Shown here piece by piece: positions 1 to 10,154 of a DNA stretch of 64,000 nt (positions are counted from its first letter, which is position 1; each line of letters begins with the position of its first letter). The notes under the pieces are model-generated. The model searched no databases. It was not told the origin of the DNA and saw only the letters and a list, made by a program, of their open reading frames with translations. The DNA comes from Corallochytrium limacisporum Hawaii (taxonomy: Eukaryota > Protista > Pluriformea), in NCBI GenBank assembly GCA_002811645.1, contig PDIP01000018.1, forward strand, positions 21,609 through 85,608, given 5' to 3'. The translations under genes and the position numbers were made by a program.

Positions 1-3
1 CGG

Positions 4-13
4 TTGGCGCGAA
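4..13. promoter_or_regulatory. E2F-like site (TTGGCGCGAA)
   Basis: Matches the E2F consensus core; its target gene would lie outside the window. Single short match. Confidence 0.25.
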
Positions 14-346
14 TTTCTCCCTCCCTCCTTATTCCGGTTGATTAAATGTGATTTGGAGCAATATTTCGACGCAGAGGATAGTACTATGAAGCGATTTTCG
101 TAATTATGATCAAGTAGGACTACTGCGCAGTTGTGTTTCTCAAAATGTAGTAGAAATCATAATAGGAGCTCAAAGAGACAAGCGATTAACAATGGCACTT
201 GTTGTACTTCTTGTGCCTGGGGTTTGTGCCAAATACTTTAGTCGTCAGATGGATTAGTAGTATGTTATGTATTAGAACGGAAGTTGCTGCCACGTGCAGC
301 GATGTCTCTGTATATGATGCGATTTCTTTAAATTAAGCCCTGAATT

Positions 347-610
347 TTTGCATTGCAGGTAACGTAGAGTTGAAATGAATTATGCCCGAACTCTCGCAAG
401 GTCGATATTGCCTTGCAGGCGATATAAAATAGAAATGAAGTATGCCCGAACTCTCGCAAGGTCGAGTGTGCCTTGCAGGGCGATAGAATGTTTGAATGAA
501 GTATGCCCGAACTCTCGCAAGGTTGGTATTTGCCTTGCAGGGCGATATAAGGTGAAATAAAAGTATGCTCGAACTTTCGGAAGGTCGACATTGTCTTCCT
601 TGGAAGGTCA
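347..610. repeat. Tandem array of about 4 (plus a partial) 60-62 bp units, each with an internal inverted repeat
   Basis: TATGCCCGAACTCTCGCAAGG recurs at 381, 441 and 502, with a degenerate copy at 564. In units 1-3 GCAAGG is followed after 9-10 nt by its reverse complement CCTTGC. A more variable AT-rich stretch of ~12-15 nt separates units. Confidence 0.9.
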
Positions 611-771
611 CTTGAACAAGTTTTGGGGTCTTAGACATGTGCGAACCCCTGGAGACTCTGAAAGGGCAAGGATACGCACTTAAAGTTGAAAAAAACTATA
701 CGCGGAACAGGCTCTGTTCCATTCGTATAGATCCATATCGTCAGGGTCAAAGACAATGAGAAATGGTACGT

Positions 772-2970
772 TCACCATTCAAATGGCTCGGCGTAGAAGT
801 GCAGGCTTTTCCTTTTGCGACAGAACTCGCGGACAGACTTGGTTAGTCCCGGAGGACCACAAACTATGACAGCTCCGCGGCCGGGTTTACATGCTTCTGC
901 AGACTGCGACAGGTCTTCAAATGGTGTAAACCTTCGGTGATGTAAGAAAAGCCATGGAATGGCCAATTCATTAACGAAAGTCTCCAGGGATGAGAATTCC
1001 TCGTCCGTCCCAGTGAAGTAGATATCAGCGGTCAGAGTCAGCTGATTGGGGCCGCACGATACAAGTTGAGTCAAGTGTGGCAGCAGATACTCTGCTAACG
1101 ATCTGTCACGTACTGACCAATGAAAGGTACATGCCATCACCGGCTCAGACATTTGATGACCGGGCATTGACACATCACCTTCACCCGTGGACAGAATTAA
1201 CTCGTCTGCCTCAGAGCAATCAGTCGCGTCTTGTGGTGGTTCAGATGTTGATTCCTTTTTTGTGCTGCTATGGATGAGACCAAGTAAGCGATCAAGGATG
1301 GGAACACAGCCCACACCGCCTGCAATAAGGGTGCTTTGCCTGTCCAACGTAAATGGATCACGACCATAGGGTCCTTCTACAGTAGCCATACACATACCCT
1401 CTTCATTGCCCGCAGCCCACGATTGTAACTTGGACGTGAATTTCTTCCGTTCCTTCGATGCATCAGGCTCGGATGGCTCACACATGCTGACGGTTGAGTA
1501 TTTTTCGCCCTGGTGTGGATTGGCTCGTATGATGAGGTGTGTCCTCGAAATTCGGCCCCATTCATTGAAAGTTGATAAGATGCTGAATGGATGCCAGCCA
1601 AAGCGGGACATGCCTGGTACATTTAAGTAAATAAACTGACCAGGTTCATGTTTCAGGGGCGGTCTGACCTCAAGGGTAAACCAGTCGTCGCCGCTGGGCA
1701 TGCCTGGTACCAAGCACACCTGATGTCGTTTCCAGAAGTACCGGAGTACAAGGTCCAGGATATAGTACAATGATGATACCTTCACAAGATACGCCGCTTT
1801 GGGAACGTGGCCGATGGTGAACAGAACAAAGAGAATTGCAAGCACAGCATGACTCTTTGAAAAGAGAAGGTACGACCGACGTCTTACGCATTTGGGCGTC
1901 AAGATGAGTAGAACACCAACTAGAATACCGCCGACTGTACCAGCAATCGGTACAATGAAGCCATGGGTATGATCAACCGCCCACGGACTAACCACATCTG
2001 CCAAACGACCGTAGTGCAAGATGAAGAGTATGCCACCATGTGCTAAAGTGGTTCCGATAGTGATATAACCGAGTACCTTATGCCACGGTAGGTTCGTGGA
2101 AAATCTTTGCCCCACCATCACTTGAGCTATCGTTACTGTTCGCTGGCTGAGACACAGGGTCGCAGCGGTGCAAATGAGTGCCACTTCCCCAAAGGCAATA
2201 GATACGATGTACCAATGACCTGCAGGATGGTTCCATTTCAGTACAAGTGCCGGTACAAAGTATCCCAAAAGGAGGAGCGTCCACATACATGTGTGCAGCC
2301 AGTCGGCTATGGTAATCCCGCGGGGACCTACCACAGTGTAAAGTTGGGGTAAGTAGGGAGCCATGCACACATGAAGAAGTGTCATCAACACAACCCACAC
2401 TAAGGTCAGCCAAAGGAACGGGGTATTGTAGGGAAGAAAGCTTCGTACTGTTTGCCAGACTTGCTCGAACCATTTTCCGGACTCATCTCCTGCAGATGTC
2501 TCTTTATGCATTCTGTCCCAAACAGCACGAACTTCTGGCGTGAATTCCTGGCAACCTACAGCAGCCGTTGTGTGGTTTCTGTTTGCAGGGTGGCTGATAT
2601 CCTCGACCCGCAGCAATGTGTTGGTATCCTCAACATCGTGTCTCCACAAACAGCAAGGGTCTCCGAGCTCATGACCATTTATCTGTCCGTCACCATCTGA
2701 ATCCGTCAGGCAGAATTCTATACTCCAACCAATCCCTGTCTGTACGTAGAAATGGGAAAAGTCCAATCCGAATTGATTTATTCCATTGTGAGTCTTTCCA
2801 TCTCTATGCCCTGACCGTAAGTCTTGCTCACCAGTATTCGGATCAACGATGTTACGCGAATTCGGAAACTGTTCGAGGTACCGTCTGAATCCTATGGTCG
2901 TACGAAAACATGCTGCCAGACAGCAAAGGATGGTTGCAAAGTGAGTTGTACTTCCCCATCCTTTCAACAT
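772..2970 (-). CDS. Temptin-like N-terminal domain fused to a ferric reductase (FRE-type flavocytochrome), 732 aa
   Basis: Signal peptide; temptin-like motif PN..GH..N.FG.DF..W...C..DSDGDG..NG.ELGDP.C.W..SHP; heme His pairs WHKVLG..AHG and SHAVL..GH; FAD motif HPFS; NADPH motifs EGPYG, IAGGVG, VCGPPG; C-terminal EPFEW. Confidence 0.85.
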   Translation of the reverse strand: MLKGWGSTTHFATILCCLAACFRTTIGFRRYLEQFPNSRNIVDPNTGEQDLRSGHRDGKTHNGINQFGLDFSHFYVQTGIGWSIEFCLTDSDGDGQINGHELGDPCCLWRHDVEDTNTLLRVEDISHPANRNHTTAAVGCQEFTPEVRAVWDRMHKETSAGDESGKWFEQVWQTVRSFLPYNTPFLWLTLVWVVLMTLLHVCMAPYLPQLYTVVGPRGITIADWLHTCMWTLLLLGYFVPALVLKWNHPAGHWYIVSIAFGEVALICTAATLCLSQRTVTIAQVMVGQRFSTNLPWHKVLGYITIGTTLAHGGILFILHYGRLADVVSPWAVDHTHGFIVPIAGTVGGILVGVLLILTPKCVRRRSYLLFSKSHAVLAILFVLFTIGHVPKAAYLVKVSSLYYILDLVLRYFWKRHQVCLVPGMPSGDDWFTLEVRPPLKHEPGQFIYLNVPGMSRFGWHPFSILSTFNEWGRISRTHLIIRANPHQGEKYSTVSMCEPSEPDASKERKKFTSKLQSWAAGNEEGMCMATVEGPYGRDPFTLDRQSTLIAGGVGCVPILDRLLGLIHSSTKKESTSEPPQDATDCSEADELILSTGEGDVSMPGHQMSEPVMACTFHWSVRDRSLAEYLLPHLTQLVSCGPNQLTLTADIYFTGTDEEFSSLETFVNELAIPWLFLHHRRFTPFEDLSQSAEACKPGRGAVIVCGPPGLTKSVREFCRKRKSLHFYAEPFEW

Positions 2971-4863
2971 TGCATTATTTTATCCATTCTAAATCCTCGC
3001 CAATGATCTCGATTTGTTCACTGTACGCCAACTCGAATTACTGGGCACTCGACATTGACACAGTATAATGATATCCGCCAGATATTTATCCCACAGGAAT
3101 ATATACCTTTATTACCGTCATTCTTCTTTAGAGCCCACATTGACTTGGACGAAGACGAATAACGTCTTAGGGACTCTCAAAGTAAAAGAACGATGTGCTG
3201 GTGAAAGGTGCCACACTCCAGGCCCGGTGCAACTTTCCCTAACCCCACTTCGAAATGCCCGTAAATGGCAATGGTCTAGGCGGTCGGGACCCTCTGCTGA
3301 GAGCCTTCGCTGCGGACGTATATCCCGATCCCGTAATATACATGGAGGCATAGTGTTCACAGTTCATATGTCATAGAGTGATCTCTCATGGTGGTGTTGA
3401 GATAGGAAATGAACCACTACCACAATACCTCACTATTTCGTGGTTGGGCACGCGCCGCTGTTATTCTTCACACCCACTGGACCGTGGGTCGCGTATGACG
3501 AAATCATGCCCTTCCTCCACGCGTACCACGGTGAAGTGGCTTATTTTTGGGGAGGGGGCCCCGGGTGGCCTTCCCGACCAACTCTCTCGCCTCACGATTT
3601 ATTTGGTCGAAAAATCGGCGATACTTGATTCCTTGATATTACCATGTTCTTTGGACTTCGCATATGTCCCTCTCCTGACCGCCGAAATTCGCCTGATTTC
3701 TGAGAGGCTTTTCTAAAGGACATCCATTCCAAAGCCTCAAAACTGTGCTGTTTTCAAGTCACCGGTGCAACCTCATTGGGTCAGGTACCATTCTATGGGT
3801 ATCATACCCTCCTTGATGCCGTATTGAAGTGGCTAAACATACAACCCTACTCTCAATGTGAAATGAATTCGAATGAAGAGGACATCGTGCAACTAAGTAA
3901 AAGTACTCAGGGCGCGGAGGGCTTCAAGTTCCACTCTACCCCCATCGGGGGCCGGATTCCCTGGCGAGCGGTGATTCTGAAACTCGTGCTTTGGAGTGTC
4001 CCCAGTTCCCCTCCGCGGCCGGGCACCCTTCCCCCTTGCGAATGGAAGGAGCGTGCGCTGGTCGCGGGTACGGGTGGGCATTTGTGTATACCCGAAAATC
4101 GCGGCGTTTGGGGACTGCGAAGAGCAGAATGGCTAGGCAACGGTGAGGGGCTCCCCATTGGCTGGCAGCGCTTGGATGGTCGGTGTGAACAAAAAGGGGC
4201 ACCTATTAGTGCAACACCGTAGGTTAGAAACCATAGTGAAAATAGACTCCCCTGGGGGTCTTGATACTCCCACAAAAGTGCGAAGGAAAAGTTAGGGCCT
4301 GAAGTGGCGCGGAATAAAGTGAATAGAAGAAAACTCCCCATTGGTAGTTGTCTGAAAAAGCTCCCATTGGGGAATTGGTATGGCTTTCAGCACTGTCAGT
4401 GGGTTGCGTCACACACCATAGCAGGACAGCAGAGGGGGAAAAATAACGGCAGTCTGCCTGGCTGTGTGAGAGTGAACCGTACGGACGTTGACAGCTTTGA
4501 GTGGATAAAGGTCATCCACTGGCCCGATAGGAATAGGGAATGGGCTGTTTCTATTATAGTGCAGGGTCTTGGGAGGGAGACTGGGCGCGACCCCACAGTC
4601 CGGAAGGGTGAGGGGAAGAGAATAAGAGCTGTCAAAGGACCAAGGAGACGGAACCCGTACGCATCATGGTTCCTGAGTCATTAATTATCTAGTTATTTGG
4701 AAACATGATGGTGACCATTGCACCGAATATTGTGTGTAATTGCGTAGACCAGTAAATTTGGTGGTCACGTTCGGTTGCTAAATTACACTCTGACATGACC
4801 AAGCGGAGAGGCTAAGGATTGTGCGCTCGAAGGACGTCAGGAATAGGTAGAAGCGCCATAGCC

Positions 4864-6957
4864 ATGTCGATGCATGGTTCAGGCTCAGCACCCATGGTTA
4901 TAGCCATGGAAAATCGCCGGATACCAAACGGATTTGACGACAGGGGTCCAATCAGGCTCGGTAGCACAGGATCGCCAACGAAACGGATCACGGTTGCAAC
5001 AATCCCATCAACCCCACGGGATGTTTCTTTACAGACTAGACTGAAAGCAGATGAGTTATTTATGCGATGGCTGAGTTTACCGGAAACTGAGACGATGGTT
5101 ACATCACTGGTAAAGGACTTTGAACAATCAACAAATCCACTAGTTCACACTAACTTGCAGCCCATTCTGAGCCCACGGTCACCCCTGCACAGTCCTCGCG
5201 GCCAGCACAGTCCACGTAGTCCTAGAAGCAGCAATACTGACCTTAATTTTGGTGGAAATCGATTGAGAACGGATTCGCCTGAAGGTCGTGAACCTTCGAG
5301 GCCTACCTCACAGTCCAGTGACAGCTTTACGGCAGGCTGTGAGGGCGCGAGAAAGGACTCGTCTACTTTGAACAGAGCCCTACAGAAACTACAGATTAGC
5401 GCCACCAAAACTAAAGGACCAGACAGTGTGGAAAGTGCAGCAGAGAAATCACGATCGGGACGGGAACGCAGTCATTCGTCGCCACAACCTATCCAACGGA
5501 GTCCTAGTCCCAACTCTGGCATGCGAACCCCCATTGGCGACGGGAGCATTTTTCTCATATCGATTCCAGGATATGAGAATGCCACTTTGAGACCAGGGGC
5601 ACTCGCAGATCAAATCCCCCGATTCTTTTTTCCCCTGGGTAGAGGAAATACCAAGCGGGACATTGAGTTGGCACAACGTGACCTGGCGCGTGTGCGTTGC
5701 TTTTTTACGAGTACGGGTGGTAGTGGCCTAGGCGATTCTATGCGTCGTCTGACCGTAGATGCTTTTACATCAGTCACCCAGGGCCTCGGTCTGAGTCGAT
5801 ACCTCAATCGATGTCTTTTCAATCGATGTACAGCCATGGAAGTGAGCAGCACTGATGGTCTTCGACCATCCCTATCATCATCTTCAATGGTGACATTCGC
5901 TGGTTTGACTAAAGCATGGAAAGAGATCTGCTTAACAGCTGGCCGAAACGAAGCACTGCGTACATTCTGGATTATTCACGGAGGACAAGAACCTGAACAA
6001 AGATCATCAGATGGAAAAAAAGGCTATGACAAGAATGGGGTTACGCCCGAAGATCTCCTTGTTGTTGCACAAGAGGTCGTCCAGAATCACCCCGGCCTTG
6101 CCTTTTTGAAGGAAACTCCGGAGTTTCAAGAGAAGTACATGGAGACTGTGGTCAATCGCATCTTCTACGACGTCAACCGAAGTTGGAGTGGTAAAATTTC
6201 TGAACGTGAGTGGGAGATGTCGAACGTGACTGCCATCCTGAAATACCTTGAGGAGGAAGATGACATCAATCAAATTCTCGACTACTTCAGTTACGAACAT
6301 TTCTATGTCATATACACTCGATTCTTGGAGCTGGATACGGATCACGATTTCAGAATAACTGCTCGTGATTTAACACGGTACGATGATGGGAGTCTGAGTC
6401 CTTTGATTGTAGAGCGTATCGTCAACAGTGGTGCAGTGAAGCGGAAGGACAACCCTCGCGACTCTCTCAACTTTGATGAGTTTGTCTGGTTCATCCTCAG
6501 TGTGGAGCACAAAAGTCATCCTACGGCGCGGGAGTACTGGTTCCGATGTATGGACTTGGACGGGGATGGACTACTGTCGTTTTATGAACTAGAGCAAATG
6601 TACAGCCAGCAGCTTGAACGACTCGACGAGGATGAACAAGTACCCTTCGAGGACATGCTTTGTCAGATGCTTGATCTTATCAAACCCGCCCAAGACGGGT
6701 ACGTGACATTAAGCGACATTAAGCATTGTAACATGGCGGACGCTTTCTTTGATGTCTTCTTTGACTTTAACAAGTTTATCGAGAACGAACAGAGGGATAG
6801 TCGCAACCGTGCCCCCCAGGATTCAGAGGAGATGCAGCTCACGGAATGGGACAAGTTTGCCCGTGTGGAGTATGATCGCCTTGCAGCGGAGGGTGAATAC
6901 GGCGATGGTAGCTATTGGACTGACATGGGCAGTGGTGACTACTACCAGGGACTGTAA
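4864..6957 (+). CDS. PP2A regulatory subunit B'' (PR72/PR130 family), EF-hand protein
   Basis: ADELFMRWLS, IPRFFFP, HPGLAFLKETPEFQ, DYFSYEHFYVIY, ELDTDHD, EYWFRCMDLDGDG, WDKFARVEYDRL. The ORF track opens at TTG 4819; first ATG is 4864 and later ATGs are possible. Confidence 0.93.
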   Translation: MSMHGSGSAPMVIAMENRRIPNGFDDRGPIRLGSTGSPTKRITVATIPSTPRDVSLQTRLKADELFMRWLSLPETETMVTSLVKDFEQSTNPLVHTNLQPILSPRSPLHSPRGQHSPRSPRSSNTDLNFGGNRLRTDSPEGREPSRPTSQSSDSFTAGCEGARKDSSTLNRALQKLQISATKTKGPDSVESAAEKSRSGRERSHSSPQPIQRSPSPNSGMRTPIGDGSIFLISIPGYENATLRPGALADQIPRFFFPLGRGNTKRDIELAQRDLARVRCFFTSTGGSGLGDSMRRLTVDAFTSVTQGLGLSRYLNRCLFNRCTAMEVSSTDGLRPSLSSSSMVTFAGLTKAWKEICLTAGRNEALRTFWIIHGGQEPEQRSSDGKKGYDKNGVTPEDLLVVAQEVVQNHPGLAFLKETPEFQEKYMETVVNRIFYDVNRSWSGKISEREWEMSNVTAILKYLEEEDDINQILDYFSYEHFYVIYTRFLELDTDHDFRITARDLTRYDDGSLSPLIVERIVNSGAVKRKDNPRDSLNFDEFVWFILSVEHKSHPTAREYWFRCMDLDGDGLLSFYELEQMYSQQLERLDEDEQVPFEDMLCQMLDLIKPAQDGYVTLSDIKHCNMADAFFDVFFDFNKFIENEQRDSRNRAPQDSEEMQLTEWDKFARVEYDRLAAEGEYGDGSYWTDMGSGDYYQGL

Positions 6958-7157
6958 GGTGTGGTCTATGTGCCGGCCATTTAGATTTGTCAACCACACT
7001 TGTATTTATAAAGAAATGAACTCCTGATTACCATTTCATATGTATAGTTTGGTAGTTGTCGATTATCTTTACAGTAGTATTGAAGCGAAAGGAATGCCAA
7101 GTGAGACGGAACGTAAACTTGTTCGTACTCCGTGACATGCCGGTAGTCCAGGAGGAC

Positions 7158-10154
7158 TCACATGTCTCCGACACCAAACACTTTGAGCAAGTAGCGTTTA
7201 TCAGACCGTTCCATGCGCAATTGGGCTCTGGCAGATCGCAACTTGCGTATTTGCTTGCGATTGGCAGCGCGCTGGTAGTACATAAAGCAACCCAAGACCA
7301 CAATGACCGGAACCAGGAAAGAAGGCTCAAAGATGAACCTGAGAAAGTCAGCAAGTGCTCCTGGACCTTCATTAACAAGGTTTTGAACTGCATACCACAT
7401 GCTGGGGTCCCCTTCGGATGGGCCACAGTCCACAGGTTTCTTGTACGCAATGTAAGCGACAGGAATAAAGCAGACCAGTAAGTTGAGCAGCATGACAATC
7501 AAGAAGAATTTGGTGCTCTTCGAAGCTGTGTAGTAATCATCTGGAAGTTTCACGTACCGCTCAAAGGTCCACTGCTTCACAACGAATGTCAGCCACAGAT
7601 TGATGGGCGCAATGACGACAATGATGGGTGAGAAGACTGCCCCAATCCAAATGATAGCTTGCTTGTACACAATTTCCAGAATGTGCATGGGCATATCAAA
7701 GTCTACCTTGGCTTCCAAGCCGTAGAACATCTTGTTTATCATGGCCATACCCCAGTGGTAGCTGAGTGTGACTCCAATACTGACCACAGCGTCGGCTAGC
7801 ATAAGACGGTAGAACTCTTGCCCAACACGGGTATGCAAGCAATACTCTGCATCGTCCACATTGATAATAGAGAAGATTACCACGCTCAGGGTACCGATAC
7901 GTACCACCATGGATCGTGCAATGCGTAGACGATTCTCAGTCTCTTTCTTACTCCAGCTCTCCCAAATAGTGAGGTACGTGAGGAGAAAGGGCAAGAAGAC
8001 ATTCATACCCGAAATAGCCAGAGCATTGATGAAGGCAAACGTGCTGTCATTTTCGTCATCCGTCTGCTTCGTGCCTGTGTCGATCAACAACAAAATAATG
8101 TATCCTGCCAGTGTATATATGCCCAACATGACCACATTTAGAAGGATACGTCGAGTATAGAGTACAATCTTCTGCCAGCAGGAGAGAATCATTTCTTCCT
8201 TCAGGGTCACAGCGAGTAGCTCCCGGATCTGATTGCTAATGCGTTTGCGCAGCAGCTCAATCTGCCGCTTATTCTCCACGGAATGATCGTAAGGAGTGAA
8301 TACAGCGGTACAGAACGGCAGATCATTGTCCTCTAGAGCCTCCTCTGTGCTGTCTTGTTGGCGAATGAATTGCTGGGCAAACAGATGAAGCAAGAAGAAA
8401 AGCGACACAACAAAGTGCATTATTGCTACACAGATGTAGGCCATGTCCATATCGAAACTCCCAAACTCATTACCGTATCCACCGTAGAAGAAGAGAGTTG
8501 TGGCCATATACCCCTCGCCATTAAAAATGTTGAGAAACTCAAAAGGCTGATGTTCTAGATCACTGGGGTGAATCAACGCGGGGAGTATAATAAACGAAAC
8601 CCACATTACCATCAGGACCAGATCAACCAAAAACATGGATCGCAGGAACACAAACAGAGCACTGACACCAGTTCCTAACTCTGATTCAATTATCTTGATC
8701 CTCCTGCGAAAGATCGGCACTGTAAACTGATTCTCATGGCGACGTCGCAGACGCCACAGTTTGAATTCTCTCATTTTCAGACCGATCCACCCCAAGTCCT
8801 TCCGGGTGTTTTCTACCCTGTGTAGACGACTCTTGCGAGGTTCCGGTGCGTCCAGAATGGACTGAACACTGCTGGTTACGGGACCGAGGCAGTCGTCCCT
8901 TGATTTCTTACGAGCACCCAGAGCAGTGACGGCAGTGCTTGTACAATCAGCACCATCGTCCAGGCCCAATATCTCCCTGCTCATCACCCGCAGGGTTGCT
9001 GCCGAGGACGCGTTCAGTTTGCTATTAGATCCAGCGAGCTGACTCTTACTCAGAGCGTACAAACTCTTGTTCAGGTGCTTCCCCTTGCTATTTGCACCAG
9101 TTTCAGCAATCAGAGCATCAGTCAGCATCCGATCGCGCATGAGGGTCATGTCCCTGCCTGCAACCATTTCATGAGATTTCGATGCACTCCCCAGAGAATT
9201 CTTGCTCCCCTTGCTTATTGTTGCAATGTTCAGATTGGATGCACTTTCTCTCCAGTCAGATATGTTGTGCACATTCTTCAGACTAACTGCAGGGTTCCTG
9301 GCATGACGCATAATGTTGGTCACAGCCTGCAGCCGCATCTTGGCCATGTCAGAAGGCAACATGCCCACCATGTCCTTGGATGCTACTTGCGTACTCTGGT
9401 CTTGATGCATCCCAGACGGACTTCGGCGAAGGTCATAAGAAGGCATATCATCTAAGTCTAGACCAAGAGACGTGGTACTTTGGATTTCATCCCTCGGAAT
9501 GTTGGCTTGTGCCGCTATCACACGCTGGCGGATGTGAGCCCACGGGTCAAGGAGTTGGTGTTTGTCGCTGTCCCCCGTGGAACGCATACGAGCAGCCTCA
9601 CGTGCATTAAGAGGGACCGGTGCATCACGCGCGATAATGTCCTGAAGGGCTTCTTGCGTGGTTAGTCCTGGATCAATACCGTGATGAGGCACGTGTGAGC
9701 TGACCGTTTCCGCAGTGCCGCGCAGGTTTGTCTGAGATCCTGCAGCATCCCTTTTTGTTGGAGGCTTGTGCTCGGGTACAGACTGGTCGGCGACGATGTT
9801 TTCGAGGTCTTCAGCAATTGCATTTACCTGGTCTATCGATGATGCAACCGCCATTTTTCCCTTTTTAATCCCATTCTCTTTGGATCTCTTTTCATCGCTG
9901 TGATCAGGATCAATCAAAGCTGCAGCAGTCCGTGTAACTCCCACATCCCGGACAGTTCCTTGCAGGTAACTCTGCGCCTGATCTGTTAGCTCCATGTTCA
10001 CCGCAGTGTGTTGTGACTCAGAGAATTCTGGCACCTGAGGGGGAAGGCTGGAGGGCTCTTGAAGGACAGCTGGATCAGCGTTTTGGGTACCTCCGTTGTT
10101 GTCTATTGAGCGTTCCTTTGGAACGGATTTTTTTGATCGCTTTTTCTTTCCCAT
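7158..10154 (-). CDS. Transmembrane channel-like (TMC) family protein, 998 aa
   Basis: IKIIESELGTGVSALFVFLR, LFFYGGY, TMC signature C..TRVGQEFYRL, FD....ILEIVYKQ..IWIG..FSP, CGP; many hydrophobic segments after a long disordered N-terminus. Confidence 0.9.
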   Translation of the reverse strand: MGKKKRSKKSVPKERSIDNNGGTQNADPAVLQEPSSLPPQVPEFSESQHTAVNMELTDQAQSYLQGTVRDVGVTRTAAALIDPDHSDEKRSKENGIKKGKMAVASSIDQVNAIAEDLENIVADQSVPEHKPPTKRDAAGSQTNLRGTAETVSSHVPHHGIDPGLTTQEALQDIIARDAPVPLNAREAARMRSTGDSDKHQLLDPWAHIRQRVIAAQANIPRDEIQSTTSLGLDLDDMPSYDLRRSPSGMHQDQSTQVASKDMVGMLPSDMAKMRLQAVTNIMRHARNPAVSLKNVHNISDWRESASNLNIATISKGSKNSLGSASKSHEMVAGRDMTLMRDRMLTDALIAETGANSKGKHLNKSLYALSKSQLAGSNSKLNASSAATLRVMSREILGLDDGADCTSTAVTALGARKKSRDDCLGPVTSSVQSILDAPEPRKSRLHRVENTRKDLGWIGLKMREFKLWRLRRRHENQFTVPIFRRRIKIIESELGTGVSALFVFLRSMFLVDLVLMVMWVSFIILPALIHPSDLEHQPFEFLNIFNGEGYMATTLFFYGGYGNEFGSFDMDMAYICVAIMHFVVSLFFLLHLFAQQFIRQQDSTEEALEDNDLPFCTAVFTPYDHSVENKRQIELLRKRISNQIRELLAVTLKEEMILSCWQKIVLYTRRILLNVVMLGIYTLAGYIILLLIDTGTKQTDDENDSTFAFINALAISGMNVFLPFLLTYLTIWESWSKKETENRLRIARSMVVRIGTLSVVIFSIINVDDAEYCLHTRVGQEFYRLMLADAVVSIGVTLSYHWGMAMINKMFYGLEAKVDFDMPMHILEIVYKQAIIWIGAVFSPIIVVIAPINLWLTFVVKQWTFERYVKLPDDYYTASKSTKFFLIVMLLNLLVCFIPVAYIAYKKPVDCGPSEGDPSMWYAVQNLVNEGPGALADFLRFIFEPSFLVPVIVVLGCFMYYQRAANRKQIRKLRSARAQLRMERSDKRYLLKVFGVGDM

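Noticed and set aside
347-610. CRISPR array, IRE or SECIS interpretation of the 61-bp repeat
   Set aside because: The variable segments are only ~12-15 nt and resemble each other, there are no cas genes, and the context is eukaryotic. Loops lack CAGUGN, and the AUGA/AA/GA elements have no supporting SECIS helix.
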